Source: Fonticula alba ATCC 38817
Taxonomy: Eukaryota > Protista > Nucleariida
NCBI GenBank assembly: GCA_000388065.2
Contig: KB932201.1
Direction: 5' to 3' (one strand)
Length of the DNA stretch: 64,000 bases
The notes beneath the pieces were generated by a model that was not told the origin of the DNA, searched no databases, and saw only the letters and a list, made by a program, of their open reading frames with translations. The translations under genes were made by a program, and so were the position numbers. Of this stretch, positions 46,010-56,043 are shown in pieces (position 1 is the stretch's first letter; each line of letters begins with the position of its first letter).

Positions 46010-48739
46010 ATGAGCTCCCCACCCTCCTCGCCCATGCCGATGGAGGATGATGACGGCATGTCATCGGCCCACGGCTCGCCCGCCGCCGGTACCCCCCCTC
46101 CCACTCGTACCCGGTGCGCGGCCTGCCTTCCTTTCTCTCTCTCTCTCCCTCTCTCTCGCTCTCACTGGCCGCCCCACAGCTTGACATCCGCCCTACCTCG
46201 CCACTAACCTCCTGTATCCCCCCTCCCTCCCTTTGTCCTTCTTCATCTCTCCCTCTCCTTCCGACACACGCCCACACGCTCACACATCACGTCAACGCAC
46301 ATACACACACACACGGACACGCACACGCCAACGTACTCCGAATTCTCGCCGACAGCAAGAAGCGCGCCAATCACAATGAGCTCGAGCGCCGTCGGCGTAT
46401 GTTTCAAAAGACTCGCCTGGATGACCTGCGTCAGGCGATCCCCCACCTGCGTGTTGAGCGCCCATCCACCGTGCTTGTGGTCACCAAGGCCAAGGAGTAC
46501 ATCACCCATCTGCTGAGCACCCTGCGCGATCGGCACATGGAGCTTTCCAAATTCTGCCTCGCTCGTGGGCTCGCCCCGCCCCCTGCCTTCAACCCCGACA
46601 ATTACTCCCCCGTCAGCCCGAAGCAGCTTGGCTCGGGGCGAACCCCCACCCCGCAACCCTCCTCGGACAAGGGCTCTCCCGCCGAGTCAACCGACCTTAC
46701 TGCACGCATGGCGGCAGGTGCGACTCTCTCTCTCCCTCTCTCCCTCTCTCTCTCCCTCTCTCCCGCCCACCTTCCGCCGCCTTGCGTCTTCTCTCGCACC
46801 CGCCCCGGCACTTCCCCTCCTTCCCCGACCCTAACTATGTGCCCTTGCATCGCACGTCCCGAACCCCATGCCGCCTCCAGACCTTCAACTTCTCCAAGCC
46901 GAAGAGACAGCCTTGCGAAGCGAAATCGCCACGCTGGAGCAGCGCCTTGAGCGGCACCCGAAGCGCCAGCGTCACTCGCCGGCCGAGCCCTCGATACCGC
47001 CCATCAAGCGCGAGCCACGTGTCAGCATCAGCTCCCTCCTATCAGACCCGGAGCCCGCCGACCAGCATCATCACCATCACCATCACCATTACAACTTCCA
47101 CCAATCGGCCCCACCGCAGGTGGCTCCGCCGCAGCCGACCCCCTCGCGCCGCCCGAGTCTGGTGGAGCTGAGTGAGGTCTCGGTGGCCGTGATGGCTGTG
47201 GCCCAGGCCCAGCGCTCGGGCGCCTCCCAGGGGCTCGGCCTGCCGCAGACTGGCGGGGATTACGCTGCAATTGCCGCTGTGCTGCCCTCCCTGCCGGCCG
47301 TAGTGCCGGACAGCGAGGTCATGGAACGGGCAGCTGCTACGGCCGCCGCCGCCGCCGCCGCCGCCGGGGCTGCTGCAGCCGGGACCAATGCCCTTCCCAA
47401 CAATTTCACCTTCCCAGACCCGGAGCCCTCGGCCGATCCCGAAGCCCTGACCGCCCCGATCAGCTCATCCTCCAGCGCCTCAGGCCTCGGTGGAATTGGG
47501 GCCCTGGCTGGCGGCGGGTCGTCACCCTTGTCACGCAGTGGCTCCCCGGCTCCCGGATCCATGACCTCCGGAGGGATCGAAGACTCCCTGAGTTCCAGCC
47601 AGCTGGTCGACGAGAATGCCTTCATGTCACCCTTTTCGCCGGCAGCTCTGCTGGCCAATCCTGCACTTCATCGCTTGCAAAGTGGCGAAAGCAAATTCTC
47701 CGAGCGCAAGGACCACGCAGATCGATCCTTCGAGCTGCTCAAAGCCGAGTGCCACCGGCGTCGTGGCAGCGTGATGAACCCATCGGATGTGGCGGCCGCC
47801 GGTCCGGGCGGGGCCCTCGCGCATTCCATCGGCTCCGATGTCGGTGCCGGCATCAACAGCGATGGCCTGGCCGGTGGGCCTCTTTCTCCTCCGGCTGGTG
47901 GATCGGTCATCGTCCGGCGAGGCGGCCTCTCGGTGCAGGCGTCCCCGGCCGCGATGCTTTCCATCCCAGCAGCCATGGGTTCGACATGCGGCCTGGGTGC
48001 TGCTGCCTCGCCGGCGGCGCCATCCCCCCCCGCGCCTCTGGCTTCCCCTTCACCGGCAGTGACTCCATCTTCGGGTTTGTCAGTGCCAGCCCCCACCGGC
48101 GTGGCATCCCTCCTTGCCGCCAGCACGCCGGGGCTCGTGCACCCGGAGTCCGGGACATTCCATCTGCTGCCCCAGCTGCGCGAGGAGGGGCCACCCGGCG
48201 GAGGGCCAGACATTTCCGGAACCTCTGCCTCTCGTCTGGCGTCCTCGTCAGCTCCTCACAACCAGCTGCCCTCCGACGGGGTGATGAGCGGACCGTCGCC
48301 CGGGTCGATCGGCTCCGGCAGCCTGCCCGGGTTACCGGCGCTCGGAACCACCGTCCTGCCCAGTGCCAGGCTTCTCCTGGCTGGCGGGAGTGGCTCCGCC
48401 GAACTGGAGACATCGGCCGCCCCGGGTGAGTTCGTCGCTCCGGCGACCGGCATGGCCTCTCCCGTTGCTGCTGCTACCCTTGTCGCCGCCACTGCCCCGA
48501 CCACCGCTGCTCCGCCACCAGCTCGTAGCGGGCAGGTCGAAAATGGTGCCATCATCCTGGCCCAGTTTGCCGAGCATGCTCGGCGTCTCAGTTGTCCGAG
48601 CATTCAGCTGGAGGAGGAGTGCGTGGCGGCCGCGGCGGCCGCAGCCGCGGCAATCGCTGCGGCTGCTGACTCCTCAGGCATTGTCGATCGCAGTGGCCCC
48701 TCCGTCCTTGAATCAGCATCCGGCAGTTCTAGTGTCTGA
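46010..48739 (+). CDS. bHLH(-ZIP) transcription factor of the Myc/Max/Mad/Mlx-like type
   Basis: Exons 46010-46113, 46356-46717 and 46881-48739. Basic region KKRANHNELERRRR carries the His/Glu/Arg triad. HLH reads LDDLRQAIPHL...PSTVLVVTKAKEYI. A heptad segment LQAEETALRSEIATLEQRL is followed by a long low-complexity tail. Confidence 0.85.
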
Positions 48740-48994
48740 TTATATGCGTGCTCCACAACCTTTCCCCTCTCCCTCCTGTGTCCTCCCTCTCCCTCTCTCC
48801 CTCTCTTTCCTGTCCCCTTTGTGGTTTGCGCATAGTGTGTGCCATCCGTTGCTTTGTGCCCATTCCTCCCTCCCCCCCCCCCCNNNNNNNNNNNNNNNNN
48901 NNNNNNNNNNNNNNNNNNNNNNNNNNNNNNNNNNNNNNNNNNNNNNNNNNNNNNNNNNNNNNNNNNNNNNNNNNNNNNNNNNNNNNNNNNNNNN

Positions 48995-49074
48995 CCCCTC
49001 CCCAGCTTGGACTTGACGTGCCACCAAGCTCCCCCCCTCCTAACTCCCTCCTGCCCCATTCCCTCGTCCTTGTG
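48995..49074 (+). repeat. 80-bp direct repeat, copy 2 (starts at a gap edge)
   Basis: Identical to 45484-45563 and begins at the first base after the N run. Confidence 0.9.
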
Positions 49075-49197
49075 CCCCCTTTGTCGGCCCCCGCCTCACC
49101 TCCTACCGATACCGGCTTTCGTCCCACTCTTCTCTCTCTCTCCCCCCCCCCCCCCCCCCCACATCCCTAGCATCCGCACCCTGTTCTCAGGTCAGCC

Positions 49198-50444
49198 ATG
49201 GAGGACCTCCCCTCCGGCGCGAATGCTGCGGCTGCGGCCGCCTCACTACAGGCTGCCATCGAACACCTCGAGCAGGCCGAAGCCATGAGCCGGCATGAGG
49301 ACTCCCTCTCCCCGAAGTCGGTCAACTATCACCGGCCGTCGGACGGCTATCAGATCGTCGCCCCGCCGCCCCTAATCACCGAGGCTCCCTATGACTTCAG
49401 CCTTTCGCATTGTGCGTGCTTTGCTCAGCACCCGGACCCCGGCCGTCCACGCTTATGCCTCCGTCTGGCGTCACACATCTCACACCTCCTTCCGTCACTT
49501 TCGTCCCCCCCCCCCCCTCTCCCTTCTCCTCCTCTCGGCCTTTCTCCCGTGCCTGCTGATAGTCACATACCGATCGATCATTCGTGTGCTTACTGAGGTC
49601 CCGGTGGCTCTGCTGACCATGCTCAGCACAGCCATCTCCTCGACCAAGTACCTGCTGTACCTGTTGGTTAATGTGTCCTACACCGCGATCATCACTTGTA
49701 TTACCTTTACCTGGCATCTATTCGCCATCATCGGTGTCGCGTTTTGGGTATGTGACTTCCCCATCCACTTGCAGACATTGTGCCACTTCCGGCCATCCTT
49801 GGTCCTTTGCATCTTCTCCGGTAGAGCATTCATCCCCTTGCTGACCCCTCTCCTTCTCCGCCTCCGCTCCCGCCCCCTACCGCCGTCTCCTCCTCCTCCT
49901 CCTCATCCTCCTCTCCCCCTCTGTCCGCAGCGCTTCATCCAGTCTCTCCGCTCATTCTCTCGGACCGCGTACCATTTCTCCCGGTCGCCGATGGGTGTCA
50001 TCTCGGTCATCCTTGTCCTGATGGTCGCCCTGTCCGCCAATTCCGGGCACCATATTCCCTCTGGGGCCGGCGGCGTTGCTGCCCTCTTCAGCGGTCCAGT
50101 GGGCATGGCCCTGACCGAGCCCCTTGTCGTGGTTCGGGACTCGGTGCAGACGGCCCTGGCTCAAGCGGCCGATCGCATCCCGATGGGCCAGTCCATTGCC
50201 GCGGTGAAAGTTCTCTCGGAGCAGGCACAGGCGTCCATTGGTCAGGTGTATACAGGTGTGACGGCCCTCCCGCAGTCCTTCCTGGCCTGGTTGCGGCAGC
50301 TGGTCGACTCGTCGGTGGCTCTGTTGCCGGCCGCATCGTCGCTGCCCTCGGTTTCCCTGCCCTCCTTGTCCCTCCCGGCGCTCCCCACGGCTGGGGACTT
50401 CCTGCCGACCGGGCTCTTTGCCGTGCGCAAGCCCCTGCCCAAGT

Positions 50445-50481
<37 letters not shown>

Positions 50482-51558
50482 CGTCCGGCCAACGCGCGAC
50501 CCTCGCAGCACCTGGTCCCTTCGCCAGCTGCTTGATTGGCTGCGTGCTCTTCTAAACAGCATGGTCCCAGGGTTCCTGCGTCTTGATGCGGCCTCCGGCC
50601 CCGGCTCTCCCGGCGGTGCTGGTCCCTTCGTGCCAGTGCCGACTCCAGCCCGGCCGACGATCCCCTCGACCGTTGTCGCGCCCGTGGGTGACCTTGACGT
50701 CGGCCTGGCCGAGCAGCTGACCAATGAGCTGTTGGCCCTGAAGTCGGAGCTTGCGCGTGTGTCGCGCGAGTGCACCGCAGCCCGGGCCCATGCCTCCGAA
50801 GCACTCATTGTTTCAAAGAATGTGGCCGCCGCCGAGCAGCCGGTCGTCCCTGCGGCGCCAGTCATCGCCGAGGTGGATCCGGTGCAGCTGCAGGACTTTG
50901 TTCGCAGTGCCGATCTCGACAGCATCATCTCGGCGTCCGGATCTCGGCTGCTGGCCGACCTGCTTGCTGACAAGTATCTGCCGGACTTGCGTGCCGAGGT
51001 GGCTTCGCAGATCGAGGAGTACGTATTCGTCTTTGCCCGTTCTTCATCTCGGCTCTGTCTGGCCATCGGATTGCCCATCCCAAGAGTGCCTTCCCTCGTC
51101 CGCCCTTCACTCCCTCTCTCTCTCTCTCCCTCTGCTTCTCTAACAATTGACAAACACCAAACACCGGGAAACATCCACCCAGGCTCGCCCAGCGCTTCGA
51201 TACCATTGCCCAAAAGGAGGCCAGCATCTTGGCCCAGCTGGAGGGCGTCCGCGACTCGGCCGACCGGGTGGCCATCCTCGAGGCCCTCTATGCTGGGGTG
51301 GAGGAGTCGCCCGCCCTGTCGCCCCTGTATGCTGGCCTGTCTAAGCTTGGCACCTCGGTGGATGACCTGGCCGGGCAGTTGTCTGATGAGGTGGACTTCA
51401 TTCGCAAGGCCGTGCCGCGGGTTGAGCGGTCAGCCGCCGATGCGGAGGAGCATGCGCGCATGGCACGCGCTAGCCGAACCGACATCCCGGCCCTCGTAGG
51501 CCAGGCTCTCCTGGATGCTGATCTCCAGGGTCTGGTTGATCGCGCTATTGCGGCCAGC

Positions 51559-51596
<38 letters not shown>

Positions 51597-52973
51597 AGAG
51601 CCAGCTGCCGGCGGTGTGGACCCCAAGGAGGTGGTCCTGCTCGGCAAGGCCCTGCGGTCGATGAACGAGTCGCTGGAGAGCCACTCCGAGCGTCTGACTG
51701 ATCTGTCCCTGCGCATCGACCTGATGGAGCAGAATGATCGCCAATTGGAGGGCAAGACCATCAAGATGGAGAATGACCTCCGCCAGGAGCTGGCCCAGCA
51801 GGCGGACAGCCTCTTCGACCAGGGACAGCAGCTGGCCGTGCTGGAGTCGGCTCATCGCGAGTCAAGTGTCATGTGCGTGTTTGGGGCGTTGGTCTCTTGC
51901 CCTTCCGATGGTCGTCCATCTACCATTTGCCCCTCGGGTGTTGGCTGACCTTTCGTCTTCCCCATTCCCGTGCTCATGTGTTTGCCCTTTTGTGCTTCGT
52001 ACACTGTCTGCCCGTGTCCCCTCGTCTCGGTTCAGCATCCGGCAGATTGCCGAACGGCCGGCGGCGGCCAGCCCGGCGCAGACGCCACCCACCCTGACCG
52101 ATGGTCATCTTTCCCCCCTGAAGGATTACATTGGTCAGGTGGACCACGCTCTTCAATCGGCCGGTGCCTCGATCTACTACCCGATGACCACGGCGCCGCG
52201 AATGCTGGCCCGCCCGACGGATGCCAGTGCCGACCGTCAGTCGCTCATCGGTCGTCTGTTTAGCAACCGCAAGAAGACCCGGCCCACCTTCCTCCCTAGC
52301 CCGGAGACTGTCCTCCGTGTGCGTGGCTCTTCCCATCTCGCCTGATCCCCCACCCGCACCTCGTTATTCGAAGCTAACAGCACTCTCTCTCTCTCTCTCT
52401 CTTTTCTTCACACACACACACACACACTCATGCGTTTCTCTCGTCCCCCCGTGTTTTCTGGCAGAGCTACTATGAGCGCGGATGGTGCTACGAGTTCGGC
52501 GCACAGGAGGGCGCCATCGGCATTCGCCTGCCGTACCCAATCATCGTGTCTGGCTTCACCATTGATCACATTGATCCGGCCATCGCTCCGAGCTCCGGCT
52601 CTGCTCCCAAGCGTGTCTCCCTTAATGTCCGTCCATGCACTGCCTCATGGCCCCTTGGCCTCCCCTCTCCCCCTCGCCCCTCCTCCCTCCCTTCCCTTTG
52701 CCTGTCTGGTTCCTGACCCACTCTGCTGCCCATGCCTCCACTTCGCAGGCTTACGACCCCCTGACCGAGTCCAGCGTTCAGGTCGCGCGAGGCATCTTCA
52801 AGGTTGGCGAGGGCCACTCCTCGATCCAGACCTTCGACGTTCTGCCCATGTTCCAGACGTCCACCATCGCGCACCAGATCTTTGTCCTGCGTGTCTTCGA
52901 CAACCACTCGACTCCGGAGAAGCCCGAGTCGACCTGCCTCTACCGCGTGCGCATTCACGGCCAGCGTGTCTGA
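49198..52973 (+). CDS. SUN-domain (Sad1/UNC-84) inner nuclear membrane protein; multi-exon
   Basis: Hydrophobic TM segments near the N-terminus, coiled-coil and polyQ middle. The C-terminal SUN domain reads VDHALQSAGASI, GWCYEFGAQEGAIGIRLPYPIIVSGFTIDHI..SAPK, IQTF and TCLYRVRIHG. Confidence 0.92.
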
Positions 52974-53832
52974 GGGCCCCGCACTCCGGCTCCCTCGTAT
53001 CTTTCACATTCCTGTGCCCTCCTTTTCCGGAAAAGGGGGCTCAAACATTGAAAAAAAAAAAAAAGCAACTCCCAACAACGACAATAGCAGACTGTCCTCC
53101 TCCTTGACCTCTTCCTGCTCCCCTCCGAATGGGATTTGCCCTGGCAGGTTTATCTTCTTGCTTCGTGTTACTGCCACACACATGGTCACAAAACACGGAG
53201 GAGGCAAGTGGTCGGCCACCAAAATCAACAATAAACAAAGCTGCATCCCATCCAGACGCGCGCGTTTGAACACATCGCCCCTCCGGAGGGCGGGCATGGG
53301 CCTGTGCGTGCGCGCGCGCGCGCACACGCGCGTGCGTGCCCGTGCGCCTGGGGACACAATGATACTCTCAGGCCCAAGCAACAGGCCCCTCGAAATGGTG
53401 GATTAAGTTCCGATTAAGAAGCACTATCACAGCGCATAGCCGAGCGGAGCGTTGGCTGTACTGAATGAACAGATGTTGGTCCGAGAGTGATGGCCTACCG
53501 TGGGAATCGACCGGGGGTGTGAGTCGTTCTCGGGCGGGTTTCCGGCCCCCCGCCCCTCCCCGTCTGGTGGTCTTCTTCGCGCGTTCGGCTCCGTGCCCGG
53601 CTCCTCTCCGGCTTCCTTGTCATCACCGACACCATCACAAACACACATTTTCACGGTCACCTGCTAACCTGTCTCAAAAGTGCGTCCAAAGATGCACCCA
53701 GGCTTCCCGCCTGGGGGTCCATCCCCAAGTCCCCTCCCCCCTGCCCTGCCTTGTCCTGCCGCCTTTCCTTGCTTGTTCGCTCTCCCACTCCCTCTCTCTC
53801 TCTCTCTCTCTCTCGCCACCTGCCATTCCACC

Positions 53833-55447
53833 ATGCTGCGGTCACTCTGGGGCGTGGCCGTGAAGGCCAGCCTCCCAGTTGCCATCGGGGCCTGGTGTGT
53901 TGTTGGCGCGCAACTTGCTCTCGACAGCTACAGCACCGCGCAGAAGAACCGTAAGGAGCTATCTCATCGCCAATCGACGTGCGTCCCGGGTGAGGGCCTT
54001 TTCCTTCTTTGATTGGGCTTTCACCTCGCGGCTGTGGTTCCCTGACCGTCTTCCGCTCCCAGTCTTGATGCCGCGCTCAAATTGAGCCATTCCATTTGGC
54101 TTCAGACTGCCAAGAACCTGTGTCAACTGGTGACACGCACGGTGTCCGTGGACACACGCAAGGTTTGTTTTGCCACCCACTCGCCTGCTAGAGGGCGCCC
54201 TGATGTGCCAAGGTGGGACCTCCGACTGACTCGCTTCCCCGTGTATAGGCTCTCTCGGAGATCGCCGCCAAGCGCGAGCAACATGCCATCGACCGAGAGG
54301 AGGTTCTCAATCAGATGCTTGCCATTCTCACCTCCTGTGCGTAGTCTCTTCGAAATCTCCTTCCCCCCCCCCCTCACCAAGGCCCGCCCCTAACCACAGG
54401 GCATTTGTGGATCGTGCACCTGGCCTTCCCTCCCCCCTATTCACCTTTCCCCTCGCCCTCCCCTGCATTGAACCTGCTCGCGTGCGGCAACTTGCAGGCG
54501 TGGAAAGCATTGCCTTGTCGGTGTTGCTTTTTTCCATGATCAGCGCCCGGTCACGGTTGGTTTTGTCACTGGTGTCGCGCGAGCGCTACCTCCGAGCCAT
54601 TGCCCCGTCAGAGTCCGGCCGCTGTGCCACCGGGTCCGATGATGCGCCTGCCTCCGGGTCCAGTCTGCCGGCCGAGGAGTCGGACGAGCCGCTGACGCAG
54701 TCGCTTCTGCGCATGGCCATGTCCAGCACCACGAGCCCGGAATCGGCCGAGTGGCGCCAGCTGGCTGCCATGGTGTCGCGTCAGGTCCGAGTGGCCGGGG
54801 CCCAGGCCATTCCACTTCCAACTCCGGAGGCTGCCGGCTTGCAGGGCTCGGACCCGGTCGGGGCCCCGCAGCCGCCAGCGCTCTCGCTATCCATCGAGAG
54901 CCTGACCCAAAGGGTGACCCCGCTGCAGCTGGCACACTGGCTGCAGGCAATTTGCACCCAGGCGGTCAGTCGGGTGTTGGAGTCCTTCCGGTTGGCGAGC
55001 ACCGGGCCTTCTGACTCCGGGTCACCCTTTGAAGGGTGCGATATGCGCATGCGGCTGGCTGACGAATTCGCCGATCTCCTGGAATCGCCCATCTTCCAGC
55101 ATGCCATTGAGGCTTCGGTGGCGGCCATGATCCCGGCCATTCTGCCCGCCCTGCAGCAAGACACCACGGTGGTCGAGGAGTGGCGTGGGGCCAGCGGCAG
55201 CGGGTCCTCGGGCTCGTCATCCGGGTCTTCATCGCTTGGGCTGGTGTCTCCCGGCACAGGGCCGGCAGCCGCCACCAAGGGCAACCCGCTGAGCATTTGG
55301 CTGCACAACATTTCCCTGGTGCCGTCCCTGCTGGCTGGGGCCTTCTTCCAGGAGTCGTCGACCGGGGTGTCCGCAGCGTCGACGGCCACCGAGCCGCTCG
55401 TGGACGCCGCCTTCGCCACAACCTGGCTCAGTCGACAGATGGACTAG
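53833..55447 (+). CDS. PEX3: Peroxin-3-like peroxisomal membrane biogenesis protein (divergent); multi-exon
   Basis: N-terminus MLRSLW plus a TM helix. SIALSVLLFSMISARSRLVLSLVSRERYL resembles the PEX3 RVQLNIIGGYIYL helix. EFADLLESPIFQHAIEASV resembles PEX3 ETRDMLESPDFSTVL. NPLSIWL resembles LPLAKII. Confidence 0.7.
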
Positions 55448-56043
55448 TCGTGCTGCCAGCCTCCTTCGGGGGGTCGGAAAATACAAGCAACACCATTTCT
55501 CCTGGCCCCCTCTTTCCCTTTTCCTCTCTCCCCTTTGGTGTGTATCTACCCTCCCTCCTCTCTGCCGACCACCCTTCGGCCAGTCTGATTTAGGAGCCTC
55601 TTCTCCTGGAAAAAAGGGGCGAGGGGGGGTCTATTTCCGTGTCTGCCTCGCCCTCGCCCCTGCATTCGGCTTTGATTGGCTGCCCAGGTGGGCCTTGTCA
55701 ACCCCCTGTCGAATTCCGTGCCCGGATACGTGTCCCACGCAGACTCGCGGCGGGGCATTCATTCGTAGTACATTGGGCTGAGGTGCGCCGGAAAAGCAGC
55801 AGCAAGTGGCACAAAGGGCAGGCGTGGGAAAATACACGCGCGAAAGTCCTGGCAAAACTACCGCCAGGCCGGCGGCCGCCCGTTTGCCTCGCTCAGAACA
55901 TAGTGCCACCTACGCGTGGTACCATGTGTCCGTCTGCCTGTCGGCCTGGCCCTCGCCCCTCCTTCACTCTGCTAGGTCTCTCTCGTGGCCGCTCATTCGC
56001 TCGCCTGTCGGTGAAGGCTCCTGCCCTTGAGCCTCTCGTGGCC

